A stretch of DNA of 64,000 nt from Promethearchaeota archaeon (GTDB lineage: Archaea > Asgardarchaeota > Thorarchaeia > Thorarchaeales > Thorarchaeaceae), in assembly GCA_048939765.1 (NCBI GenBank), contig JBHLPF010000005.1, forward strand, positions 22,375-86,374, read 5' to 3'. A program made the position numbers and the translations under genes. The notes beneath the pieces were generated by a model that did no database searches, was not told the DNA's origin, and was given only the letters and a program-made list of their open reading frames with translations. This document shows, in pieces, positions 47,768 through 57,589 of the stretch (position 1 is the stretch's first letter; each line of letters opens with the position of its first letter).

Positions 47768-49666
47768 TTACATTCTCGGTGCTGTTTCAATTTGCCTGAC
47801 CATTTCATTCTCCATTACTGTGCCAAGGAACTCTCCAACTTCTCGACTTGATAGAGCCTTTACCAGTTTAGCTGAAGCGATTGGCTTCGAAAGACGAGAT
47901 ATCGCTCTTGATGCCGCATCTATGAGTTCGGTTGAGTCAGTTAGGTACATCTCATAGACAAGGGCGTTGGCAATCTGCTCCAGTAAAGTTATCGGATGTT
48001 CAGGATTCTCCTGTGATTTGGTATCTTGATACAAATCCTGCAATGATTCGAAAATCTGCTTGAAGAGTAGCTGATCCTTTGGCACAATAATTGGTATCTC
48101 TTCCATGATTCCTGTGTTGAGGCATGTTGTAAGCATCGAATAATTAGTCAGATACTTGATGCAAAGGTATCTCACGATGTTCGAGTTGAGTATCAGACCC
48201 AGGGCTTCAACCAGAATATCACTATGAAGTGGAATGATCTCCACCACTCCTCCACCATGAATCATTCCAGGGGGCTTCATCACGCATCTTGGGTATGGAT
48301 AGTTCTTTGTTGCAACGAGGAAATTGCTTCCGTAGGATTCTCTTAGTCCGCTGTCTTCTTTGTACGCGTTATCCGCATAGAGTAGATATCTGGAATCGAA
48401 ATGGAATCTCCTCACGCTTCGTCCCCTTGTAGCATATGGGACTTGGTCCTTCTTTGTCTTCTTCTTACTGACATATGATTTTGATAAATCTCGCCCTCTT
48501 CGGGCCTTTGCCCATCCCTTGGTTGCCCTATCAAGTATTCGCTCCAAAATGCCATCATAGTAGATTGAAAAGATCTTGCTTGACCTCAGAATCTTCCGTG
48601 GTACACTACCCCGCCAATCAATGCCGGGCCTTCTTGATTCGACCTTTACATCTCGAGTTGCATGTCCAGCTTTACAGAAGATGCTTACCATTTCTAGAGT
48701 GACACCTTCGAAAGGACTCCCTTCATCTACGATCATCCATAGAGGCATTTCATCAACGAGGAATCTCCTTACACGCCTGAATTGCTTGGTCCTTAGTACA
48801 CTGTTGGGTATTAGAAAGCCTAGGTGCCCTTTGGGTTGGAGCAATTCATGGGCTCTTGCTATGAAAAGGGCGGCTGCATTCCAAGTTCCATTTCGACTTC
48901 TACTGACATCGGCTTTCCATGTCTTGCTAATAATGCGCCTTTCGAATTCTGATAGAATATTGCCATATGGAGGATTACCTAGTATGATGTCAAATCCCTC
49001 TCCTTTGCTCATGACTTCTCGAAACTCCGCTGGCCAATGAAATGGCGACAGATGGTTCATGATATCATTGGAGGCGGTATTCAGTCTTTCAAGCATAGCC
49101 TTGTTGAAGCATGCTAGATCCACTCGATTACATCCCTCTGGAACCTGAGACCAACCAATTAGACTGTTGCCATGCTTGATATTCTTTGCATGAATCTCAT
49201 TTTTGAGATGTTCTGTATTCTTCATACCAGTCCATGATGCCAATGCATCAGAACAGATAGTGACTGCATCTTGGCGGATATCCACGCCGAAGAGATTGTG
49301 TTTCAAGATATCTGACTTCACCCTATGTTCAGGTCGGTCATCGCCTAGAAACCTTCGTGCAGCTAGTAGCCATTCGGCCGCACCTCTGAGGAATACACCT
49401 TCGCCAACTGCAGGGTCCAGTATTGCAATATCCTGAAGGTGCTTCAGCATCAACTCCTTCGAACTCATGCCTAGATTGTCCAGAAAGGGATTGATGTCAA
49501 GGGGATTTCCTATGTGACTGTTGAGAAAGGCCATGAGAGTTTGGCTCGCAATGTCAAAGGCGAGATCGGGCGGCGTGTAATATGTGCCCGTTCTTCTGCT
49601 CACATTGGTGGCTTGTTCTCTTTTTGATAACATCACATCATCACTGGTTGCGAAATTGAGGTCCAA
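47768..49666 (-). CDS. Gamma-class N6-adenine DNA methyltransferase (TaqI/Eco57I-like) with C-terminal TRD
   Basis: GTYYTP, LDPAVGEGVF, GVDI, FDIILGNPPY, LGFLIPNS, LILNS. Confidence 0.9.
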   Translation of the reverse strand: MDLNFATSDDVMLSKREQATNVSRRTGTYYTPPDLAFDIASQTLMAFLNSHIGNPLDINPFLDNLGMSSKELMLKHLQDIAILDPAVGEGVFLRGAAEWLLAARRFLGDDRPEHRVKSDILKHNLFGVDIRQDAVTICSDALASWTGMKNTEHLKNEIHAKNIKHGNSLIGWSQVPEGCNRVDLACFNKAMLERLNTASNDIMNHLSPFHWPAEFREVMSKGEGFDIILGNPPYGNILSEFERRIISKTWKADVSRSRNGTWNAAALFIARAHELLQPKGHLGFLIPNSVLRTKQFRRVRRFLVDEMPLWMIVDEGSPFEGVTLEMVSIFCKAGHATRDVKVESRRPGIDWRGSVPRKILRSSKIFSIYYDGILERILDRATKGWAKARRGRDLSKSYVSKKKTKKDQVPYATRGRSVRRFHFDSRYLLYADNAYKEDSGLRESYGSNFLVATKNYPYPRCVMKPPGMIHGGGVVEIIPLHSDILVEALGLILNSNIVRYLCIKYLTNYSMLTTCLNTGIMEEIPIIVPKDQLLFKQIFESLQDLYQDTKSQENPEHPITLLEQIANALVYEMYLTDSTELIDAASRAISRLSKPIASAKLVKALSSREVGEFLGTVMENEMVRQIETAPRM

Positions 49667-49967
49667 TTTGGTCTATCATTGGTGCCATATAATGCCAGTG
49701 GAGAAAAGACTGGCATGTTCACAAGTCAAGTGCTAATAGTCCTGTGTCACTGTTTCTAATGACAGGAATGAGTAGACAAGCAATTAGACATCGTAGAAAC
49801 GTTTCTCGGGGACTAGCGCTATTCTTGCTCAGCACCATTGCTACTGGGTTGATGCTTTCTAGGGGATGGAAGCCGACCAGTAGTGTCCGAGGAAGTCACA
49901 TTCACCTTCCATCTGACGCGAGGGTTCTAACATTGCCTGAGTACACATTCTGGTTCTGGATACGCAT

Positions 49968-52508
49968 CTAACCCGATGCATATCCCGTGGATGGTCTATT
50001 GCCCCTCAAGCGCGGCCAAATGAATATACCAATTATTATTCCAAGATAGACGCCAATTCCCATAATCCCAAGACTTGCAGGCAAATCCAATTGTGGTTCA
50101 GTTGGACTGGTTGGAGAAAAAGTTGTAGTCGTTGAGCTTGTAATGGTTGATGGCTCCTCAGTTATGAAAACGAAGACACTTAGTATGCTGTTTCCTGCAT
50201 TATCCGTGGCATTGACGAAGAGAGCATGATTTCCCACACCTGCGGGAGTGTATGCCACATATGGGGGACTCCACTCAGTCCAATCTCCGGAGTCCCATTT
50301 GAAGAATACAGATACGAGGTATAGGTCAGTGACTTCAATTGTTACCTCTGTATCCATTGGGACCGTACTTCCCTCCAAGGGGGATGTAAGAGTGACCTTG
50401 GGCGCTGTGTTGTCAACTATGAATAGGAACGAGGCTGAGGCCCTATTGCCTGCTACGTCCGTTGCATTAACAAATAGCCAATTCTCACCTTCTAAAGGAG
50501 GTGCATAGAGTACGATATCGCTAAGGTCAGAGCTCCCTGAATCAGCCAAATCCCAAAGGTATCCTACCTTCTCGAGGTGCATATCTGTGACTATCAAATT
50601 CAGGGGTGAACCTGTTTTCAGGACCGAGTTATTTGCTATGGTAGACAGAGTAATGGATGGCGCCATATCATCTGTAATGAATTGAAAATGACCAACTCTA
50701 TAGTTACCCGCTAAGTCAGTTGCATTTACATACAAATCGTGAGCGCCATCGCCAGCAGGTAATGACACTTCAAATGGAAAGATGAATTCACTGTCACTAG
50801 TCTGATCCCAACGATACTCCACCCTGTCAAGATGTGTATCATTGATGGCGAAACTGATTGAAGATTCGCTGGCCATGATTGAACCATTTGCCAGGCTTAC
50901 TAATGCGATGTTTGGAAGGACATCATCGCATGTGAATCCAAACCCTTTGGCGTTCTGGTTACCAGCTGCGTCGAATGCAATGATAGTGATTGTATGGATT
51001 CCATTTCCTGTAGGAAGCAGCGTTTCATAGGGCGGATTGAATGATGTCCAACTGCCAGAATCCCATTTCGCAATTGCATTCAGAAGATGATCATCAGTGA
51101 GGTTGAATTCAATCAGTGTATTTCCCTTGAGCACTGAGTCAGTCGGATGATTTCGTGGTTCAATTAGTGGTGGAATGGCATCACACTCAATTGACACATT
51201 GGCGTATCCCCTTTGTCCATAATTATCTTCGCAGACAACACGGATGGTATGATTTCCATGTGTCAGTGGAAGCGTGTGAGTTTCCGAAGACAAGCCTGTA
51301 ACAATCAGCTTTCCATCGATATAGATGCTATAGGACGGATTGTAAAGCATTCCGGGTATCATGGAGCTAGAAGTCCAATCTAGTTCTAGTGGTGAGTTCT
51401 CAAGACTTCCACTACTAGGAGCAATTACATCAACCAGGGGTGATTCATAGAGGCCAAAGTGGGATAGTGTTCTGTTTAAGACGTCCATTCGGCCAGACGC
51501 ATTCGAAATTGCATCGACTGCAAATCCAAAGAATAGGCTGTTTACGAATGGAGAACCTGTCGCCGCATATTCATCGTATCCGCTGCTCTGATACTCGATC
51601 ACTCCTAAGCTGAGTTCCATGGTACTCACCCAATCAGCACCGCCTCCCGCCCTGGAACCATCTCCACCACCATAGGTATAGCTGACCCCAGAATAGGGAC
51701 TTCCAACACTTCCCAGAAGGGTTTCTGAATTGCCGCCATCACGAATGTAGCCATTGACACCGAAATTGCTGCTGAGCCACCCTTCGAAGAACCCAATGTT
51801 ATAGGCGCTCCATGCAATTTCAGTGCCTGTCAGCAACATCTTCCTTACGGATGGGTCCATGAGATATGTCTGAATATCATTTCGCTCGTCTAAAGAGAGT
51901 GGATTTCCGTAGTCACTAGTAAACCAAATCACAAATTGATAGCCAAGCAAATCAATGTCATTGGGTGAACCAGAAACCTGTGTTCGCCATACATTGTAAT
52001 CTGAACCATTGGAGAAGCCAAGGCTCTCCAGCGCATCTGTGTAGTAGTCGGTGACAGTTGCGTTGTCATAGTCATCGACAATGAGGATTGGAGGCTGTTC
52101 CCAGTCGATATAGGCTTCAACAGATGCTCTAGCCGTTCCATGCGAAGTCACTTGTTTGGCTTCGAATGTTGCATTTCCACTTGGCAAACAAGACACATCC
52201 ATTGGATATTCGTATAATCTGGATGTTGAATTGTACAAATCCGTGATGTCAATCCAAGAATCACTAAGCCACCGCAGCATTACATTTGCGCCAGCAATTA
52301 CTGTCGCATTCACCTTGATTGTGATGTTCCCTGACAAGTATTCGCCTGCGGCTGGTGAAGTGAAGTTCAATCCAATTGGTTCTTGGGCGAGAGTATACGA
52401 AGATGCATCACGCGATTTTGGAGCAACTTCCACAACAGTAGCTGAGCCACTAGACAAAATGAGACCAATTCCAATAGCCATCACTAAGAGCAGTCGCTTC
52501 AAATGCAT
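49968..52508 (-). CDS. Surface protein: Rossmann-like domain + multiple Ig-like repeats, S/T stalk, C-terminal TM
   Basis: Signal peptide; ILIVDD..YQFVIWFT; repeated W D..G.H.L.V.ATD.AGN; TTTT stalk. Confidence 0.8.
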   Translation of the reverse strand: MHLKRLLLVMAIGIGLILSSGSATVVEVAPKSRDASSYTLAQEPIGLNFTSPAAGEYLSGNITIKVNATVIAGANVMLRWLSDSWIDITDLYNSTSRLYEYPMDVSCLPSGNATFEAKQVTSHGTARASVEAYIDWEQPPILIVDDYDNATVTDYYTDALESLGFSNGSDYNVWRTQVSGSPNDIDLLGYQFVIWFTSDYGNPLSLDERNDIQTYLMDPSVRKMLLTGTEIAWSAYNIGFFEGWLSSNFGVNGYIRDGGNSETLLGSVGSPYSGVSYTYGGGDGSRAGGGADWVSTMELSLGVIEYQSSGYDEYAATGSPFVNSLFFGFAVDAISNASGRMDVLNRTLSHFGLYESPLVDVIAPSSGSLENSPLELDWTSSSMIPGMLYNPSYSIYIDGKLIVTGLSSETHTLPLTHGNHTIRVVCEDNYGQRGYANVSIECDAIPPLIEPRNHPTDSVLKGNTLIEFNLTDDHLLNAIAKWDSGSWTSFNPPYETLLPTGNGIHTITIIAFDAAGNQNAKGFGFTCDDVLPNIALVSLANGSIMASESSISFAINDTHLDRVEYRWDQTSDSEFIFPFEVSLPAGDGAHDLYVNATDLAGNYRVGHFQFITDDMAPSITLSTIANNSVLKTGSPLNLIVTDMHLEKVGYLWDLADSGSSDLSDIVLYAPPLEGENWLFVNATDVAGNRASASFLFIVDNTAPKVTLTSPLEGSTVPMDTEVTIEVTDLYLVSVFFKWDSGDWTEWSPPYVAYTPAGVGNHALFVNATDNAGNSILSVFVFITEEPSTITSSTTTTFSPTSPTEPQLDLPASLGIMGIGVYLGIIIGIFIWPRLRGNRPSTGYASG

Positions 52509-52640
52509 CTACCTCCATCGCCGATACGAATACCCGTTCCTGATGCGCCTAAGACACATAAACTTCGTGAATTCTAGAAATTCAGAAATTACAATCATTT
52601 ACAATAACGCATTGAGCTAGCAACTGCTGTCATTTTGAAC

Positions 52641-52675
52641 AAAAAAAGGGATAGTGAGTGGGATTGCACCCACTC
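52641..52675 (-). terminator. Terminator of the SPFH gene
   Basis: GAGTGGG/CCCACTC stem followed on the minus strand by T7. Confidence 0.65.
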
Positions 52676-52685
52676 CACTTCTATT

Positions 52686-53600
52686 CTACCCTATCTTGGT
52701 GCCGCAGTTCGGACAGAACTTGGCTCCATCAAGCTGATTGCCGCAGTTGGGACAGAATTTCGCTCCTGCAGGAGCTGCTCCACCGCCGGAAGGCTGCTGT
52801 TGTCCGCCGCCCATCATACCGAACGCGGCTCCAAATGCAGCACCAGGACTCTTTCCTAGTGACTCAGCAACACCTCTCTGGGTTTCTGCACCCATAACCT
52901 GCGTACCAGTTGCACCACCAGTCCTCAGCCAGAATAGTCTCTCACGATACTTCTCGGTGGTATCTATTCCCTCGAACTTCAAATCAACTAACTCAAGGCC
53001 TAGCCTCTCAAAGGCCATCCTGACCTTGGTCTTGACCTTCATTGAGGTCTCATCAAGCTGAGTGAAGACAGCCTGTAGATCGTAGTGAGCAAATTCATCA
53101 ATGATTCTTTCGTTCATGAACGATCTAAGGTAGTCGTTGATCTTCCTGGTATTGAATGCATTCTGGTTGCCAACAACATCCTGAACGAAGATGTTAGGCT
53201 CTTTCACGCGGAAGAAAAACACGCCATGAAACATCAAGGGGGCCAAATCACTAGTCTGTCCCCTACCGCCGAACTTGCCTTGGAATTGCGAGCGTGAGAT
53301 GAAGACACAGGTGGCCTCAAAGACATCACCTTTGACCTTCTTCTGTAACCATCCAACTAGACCAGGCATGCTGCTTGTTGTCAGTTTGTGGCGTCCAGCT
53401 AGGAATGTGTCCAGAGCTTTGCCATCACGATAGAAGATGGCGGCCTGGTTTTCCATGACAATGAGCTGTGAGCCCCAATCTATTCTGTTGTCGGGATAGC
53501 GCCAGACTACATCGTCTGGGCTGGCATTTGTCCACTCTATAGCGTCTGCCAAATCAGAATCTCTCCTATAGTCGAGTTCTGTTTGGTCTAGGGTCTTCAT
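52686..53600 (-). CDS. SPFH/Band-7 (YdjI-like) protein with double zinc ribbon (likely start TTG 53552)
   Basis: GSQLIV.ENQ.AIF..DGK, G.H.LTT, G.F..RV, FCPNCG twice; AGGAGA precedes TTG at 53552. Confidence 0.85.
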   Translation of the reverse strand: MKTLDQTELDYRRDSDLADAIEWTNASPDDVVWRYPDNRIDWGSQLIVMENQAAIFYRDGKALDTFLAGRHKLTTSSMPGLVGWLQKKVKGDVFEATCVFISRSQFQGKFGGRGQTSDLAPLMFHGVFFFRVKEPNIFVQDVVGNQNAFNTRKINDYLRSFMNERIIDEFAHYDLQAVFTQLDETSMKVKTKVRMAFERLGLELVDLKFEGIDTTEKYRERLFWLRTGGATGTQVMGAETQRGVAESLGKSPGAAFGAAFGMMGGGQQQPSGGGAAPAGAKFCPNCGNQLDGAKFCPNCGTKIG

Positions 53601-53687
53601 AGGTTTTAAACGTTGACATGGTGGGTTTCGCGGAGCACTTTTGGGTTTAAGGACACCAAAAGCATGTACGCGTCGGGCAAGTGAGCC

Positions 53688-54458
53688 TTATGGGGCTATT
53701 GTCATCAGGTCTCTGGCAAGCATAACCTCCGCATTTGTACTACGACCAACTGTTGCGAGTACCTGCTTCTCTTTGGCAACAACCTCAGGAGAAACGTGAG
53801 TTATCACTACCTTTCTTGGTTCTGTGAATTCAACAATTTCAGCAAGCTCGCTTGGACTAGTGTGAACCCCATTTGGATGGTCTCCATCAAGCCAGTTGCA
53901 TTCATGGATTAGAACATCGACTCCAGTGGCCAAATCTACAACTTCTGGACAAGGTGCCGTGTCTGACGAATAGACAACCGACTTTCCATTATGCTCCACT
54001 CTAAAAGCACGGCTTTCGATGGTACCATGTGTAGTTGGTGACATAGATACGACCACGGGGCCAAGATGTACGACGTCGTTATCCCAGAGTAATCTTTTCT
54101 CAACCAGAATTTTCTCGCGTAGGTATGGGAACGCAATATCATACACTCCTCTTGACCACTCTCTCATCCTTGGAGGCGCATAGAGTTCTAAGGTCTTATC
54201 GTAACCAAGAAGCCAAAGGGTCTGGCACAGTGGGAGAAAATCAGAGCAGTGGTCAATGTGAAAGTGACTAATGAACACATGACTGATCGAAGTGAGGTCG
54301 AGATCCGTTTGTGTCAGGCGTTGCAGTACTCCAGACCCAATGTCCAGAAGCAATGCTGTTTCATCAGCCTCAATTAGCACTCCTGATTGTACCCTGTTTG
54401 GGTCTGGAAGAGAGGTTCCGGTCCCAAGAAGCCTTACCTTCATTGCAATCGGATTCAC
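53688..54458 (-). CDS. Metallo-beta-lactamase-fold hydrolase (RNase Z/BN-like)
   Basis: LLGTG, LLDIG.G, SHFHIDH, YSSDT, IHEC, HTS, ITH. Confidence 0.88.
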   Translation of the reverse strand: MNPIAMKVRLLGTGTSLPDPNRVQSGVLIEADETALLLDIGSGVLQRLTQTDLDLTSISHVFISHFHIDHCSDFLPLCQTLWLLGYDKTLELYAPPRMREWSRGVYDIAFPYLREKILVEKRLLWDNDVVHLGPVVVSMSPTTHGTIESRAFRVEHNGKSVVYSSDTAPCPEVVDLATGVDVLIHECNWLDGDHPNGVHTSPSELAEIVEFTEPRKVVITHVSPEVVAKEKQVLATVGRSTNAEVMLARDLMTIAP

Positions 54459-54493
54459 CCTCAGCTGGCTGCGTAATCAGTCTTCCCTTGTTC

Positions 54494-54871
54494 TTATCTG
54501 ATCCTAGTTGGACAAATGAGCTGCTTGATTGTGTTCTCGAAGACCCTCAGCTCTTTGGTTATCTTCCTGCGCTGGAGTACTTCCGCCTGCAACTGGTCGC
54601 TCAGATCAAAACGAGCAATGTCTCTCAGAGCCCTCAAGAGCGCAATGGAATCCACACTGACTCGCCCGGCTTGAACATCCCACCACAGGGTTTCGAGAGA
54701 ATTCACAAGTATCTGCTGATGTCTCATTAGACCAAGCCTCTCGTCAGGCTGAGCTTCTTGGTCCAGCATGGCCGCCATCTCATTTATCGAATTCAAGACA
54801 AGTTCTGAGGGCGTGAAGACAGCTTGTTTCTGGGGTTCTGTTTCTACCTGACGTGCCTTATTCCTTAACAA
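54494..54871 (-). CDS. Hypothetical helical protein
   Basis: 125-aa ORF co-oriented in a gene string. Confidence 0.55.
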   Translation of the reverse strand: MLRNKARQVETEPQKQAVFTPSELVLNSINEMAAMLDQEAQPDERLGLMRHQQILVNSLETLWWDVQAGRVSVDSIALLRALRDIARFDLSDQLQAEVLQRRKITKELRVFENTIKQLICPTRIR

Positions 54872-54930
54872 TTATCTCCACCATTATCTGGCACAGGAAT
54901 TGGATATTTAACGCCCACCAAAGCCCAGAA

Positions 54931-55224
54931 TCATGATGGCTGTCTTCTTCCGAGTATGTCGTCAGCGAGCAGATAGAGACCGAGGAAATCTGCGGCTATT
55001 ATGCCTCCTGCTAAGACAATGTCTGCAAGCGGCATCGATGCAGCGACTAAGAAGACCGATATGAGAATCCACGATGTGAGAAGACCTACCAGTACTGCAG
55101 TCCAAGACATGAGTGCGATCCTGTCTTCATTGGATGCCCATTTTCGAAATAAGAAGTAGAACATGTAGCCAACGAGGACAAAGAACTGAACGCCGATAGT
55201 GATTGTGAGATATGCCCCTTGCAT
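54931..55224 (-). CDS. Small 3-TM membrane protein
   Basis: Three hydrophobic segments; GGAAGG upstream. Confidence 0.65.
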   Translation of the reverse strand: MQGAYLTITIGVQFFVLVGYMFYFLFRKWASNEDRIALMSWTAVLVGLLTSWILISVFLVAASMPLADIVLAGGIIAADFLGLYLLADDILGRRQPS

Positions 55225-55269
55225 GAGATACCTTCCCAGAAAAAGCAGTTAGTTCTTGTGATATGGATT

Positions 55270-55308
55270 AAGAAAAGAAGATGAATTCCGGAGCAAAAGC
55301 CCCGGAAT
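55270..55308 (-). terminator. Terminator of the 55321-55881 gene
   Basis: ATTCCGG/CCGGAAT stem followed on the minus strand by TCATCTTCTTTTCTT. Confidence 0.55.
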
Positions 55309-55320
55309 GGTGTTTTGAGA

Positions 55321-55881
55321 CTAGTCTTGGTAACCCTTCATGTATCCTTCACGCTGCTTCCATTTTTCTTCGAGGCGCTGCATGACGGTGTACATTCGGT
55401 GAGTGTAAGGCCATGCTTCATCGAACTTGCCTTGGTTCATATCGCCGGTGAACTCCTCAGCGACGTCATTGATGTCACCAATGTCATTTATGATGGTGGC
55501 ATCGAACTCGTAGACCTTGTCAAGCTCACTCTCATTGATTTTCTCCTTTGAGCCCCAAGCAGCATAGCCATAATCAGCATAGCGGATGGATGACTCAATC
55601 TTGTCTGTGAGAGCCAGCATGCGATCAAAGGTTTCCCACGTGTTCTCTAGATTATAGTCTACGACCAAAGTCTGGAGTTTCTCAAGATCCTGCTTGACGA
55701 GTCGAAGCTGGTCAGCCATGAACTCGCGTAGGACTTTGTCTGCGGCGCGTCTCTCCTCCTTCTCCTGGTAGCCATGCCACCCCGGAATGTAATGAGTTAT
55801 CAGTCCGAAGAACCCGCCCTTGATGTCCTTGGCAGCTTTCTTCCTAATCCGCTTCGCAATGGGGTCAGCTTTCTTGCCCAT
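55321..55881 (-). CDS. Conserved hypothetical helical-bundle protein
   Basis: IPGWHGY.EKEERRAADK.LR..YADYGY..KI.E.EL..VY.FD pattern; AGGAG RBS. Confidence 0.75.
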   Translation of the reverse strand: MGKKADPIAKRIRKKAAKDIKGGFFGLITHYIPGWHGYQEKEERRAADKVLREFMADQLRLVKQDLEKLQTLVVDYNLENTWETFDRMLALTDKIESSIRYADYGYAAWGSKEKINESELDKVYEFDATIINDIGDINDVAEEFTGDMNQGKFDEAWPYTHRMYTVMQRLEEKWKQREGYMKGYQD

Positions 55882-56103
55882 AGAATTAATTCTCCTGAGT
55901 GATTGTTCATCCCTACGACCTAAGTTGTAGGGCTGTCTATGGAGTCGTGCTCTTCTTCGTATTTAAACAATGTCACTGACTGCTCCTGCGCTATGGATTC
56001 ACAATTGATGCCCACTTGGTCTGCAAAATAGACGGTTCGAACTTGAACAACATGCTTAAGCCATCCTGCAACACTAATGGATTGAGCCAGAGGAGCAGTT
56101 CAT

Positions 56104-56634
56104 ATGTCAGAAGCATCTAAACAGAGGACTCAGATGTCGATTCTTTTGGCATTGCTGCTGGTGATGTTGCTTGCCCCTATGGGAATGGTGGTTTATTTCT
56201 TTGATATGGGATATTGGTATGCGAACATAATGTCAATGTCATGGATTGCGAACTTTGAAACAAATGGCATCTTTTTCAGTCCTGATCCAATAATGATACT
56301 CGCCACTTTGCCTTTCTCTTTCATGCGGATTGGATTTGTATACATGATTTGGAGGGCATATCTGGGAAAGACTACGACACGCCGAGCACTATGGGTTGGT
56401 GTTGCAATGGAGCTTTGGTTCTCTCTTCTCTTCTACCTGCCCAATCTTATTGCCCTCCTGCTAGCCCCAATGGTTTTCATGTTTTGGCCATGGGCAATAC
56501 CGTTACCAATTCTTCTGATCAGTGGATGGTTGGCTTTTAGATTGAGCCCACCTGTTGGAATACCTACTTCGTGGGCAGATCAGGAGCAGCCAGAAAAATG
56601 GTGGGAAAGCTCCAATCTCAATTCAAAGCATTAG
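56104..56634 (+). CDS. 4-TM membrane protein
   Basis: Hydrophobic helices; W-rich acidic tail; GGAG RBS. Confidence 0.7.
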   Translation: MSEASKQRTQMSILLALLLVMLLAPMGMVVYFFDMGYWYANIMSMSWIANFETNGIFFSPDPIMILATLPFSFMRIGFVYMIWRAYLGKTTTRRALWVGVAMELWFSLLFYLPNLIALLLAPMVFMFWPWAIPLPILLISGWLAFRLSPPVGIPTSWADQEQPEKWWESSNLNSKH

Positions 56635-56687
56635 TTCAGAAGCTGAAGACTTGATAAGGAGGTCATATTCTCTCCAGCATCCTGAAA

Positions 56688-57458
56688 GTGATCAAAATGG
56701 GAACCAAGTACAATCTAGCCAAGATGACCTGGCCAGAGGTCGAAGAGCGTCTCAAGGAATGTAGTACGGTGATTGTTCCAATTGGCTCTGTGGAACAACA
56801 TGGTCCTGCACTCCCGCTTGACAACGACCACTTCATAGCGCAACGCATCGCTGAGATGGTGGCAGAGCATCTGTGGCCTGACATCAAGGTGACGGTTACT
56901 CCACCAATTGCCTATGGATATTCCCCTCACCATATGGACTTCAAGGGCACAATCACTCTTCAGGAGTCAACCTTGGCTGACGTGATTGTTGATGTCTGTG
57001 CTTCGTTGGCACAGCATGGCTTTTCCAAGATTATCCTGATTAATGGACATGGGGGCAATGGAACAGCTATCAGCATGGCTCTGCATATACTTCGTGATAT
57101 GTCAAGCGCAAAGGTGTATCATATCGATTGGTGGGCGATGGCACCAGATACGATAAGGGAAGTAGCAACTCCTCCGGTGTTTCATGCATGTGACATGGAA
57201 ACATCAGTTGCGTGGCATGTCGGGCAACGCGTTGTTGAGGACAAGCTTGTTGATGAACCGGGAAGGCCAATTGTGGAGGGTTTTATAGAACCAAATATGG
57301 CTTCAACTGCTCCCAGGGTTGGTACCTCATACGTGATGAAAGACCTGTCCGATTCTGGCGTTGTGGGCTATGCTACCAAGGCGACAAAAGAGAAGGGCGG
57401 CAAAGTAGTCAGGAAAGTAATTGAAACTATTGAAGCCTTCATTAGGAAGATAGACTGA
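56688..57458 (+). CDS. Creatininase/ArfB/MftE-family amidohydrolase
   Basis: PIGSVEQHG.LP..D, YGYS.HH, NGHGGN, HA..ETS. Confidence 0.92.
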   Translation: MIKMGTKYNLAKMTWPEVEERLKECSTVIVPIGSVEQHGPALPLDNDHFIAQRIAEMVAEHLWPDIKVTVTPPIAYGYSPHHMDFKGTITLQESTLADVIVDVCASLAQHGFSKIILINGHGGNGTAISMALHILRDMSSAKVYHIDWWAMAPDTIREVATPPVFHACDMETSVAWHVGQRVVEDKLVDEPGRPIVEGFIEPNMASTAPRVGTSYVMKDLSDSGVVGYATKATKEKGGKVVRKVIETIEAFIRKID

Positions 57459-57589
57459 TAATGAACCATCCTGAGGAATCTCATCGTGCTTGAATATAGC
57501 CAATGGACCTACTATTGCCTCAGTAGCTTCTTAGAACTTGTTATTAGGGAGATATGAGGTAGATAGCAAAAGTCACCGGAGGCAGAGAG

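Noticed and set aside
49841-49883. Possible SECIS element
   Set aside because: The helix above the putative TGA/GA core is too short, there is no AA loop, and no UGA-containing gene lies upstream on that strand
52701-52760. Direct DNA repeat at the SPFH 3' end
   Set aside because: Explained by the two KFCPNCG zinc-ribbon knuckles
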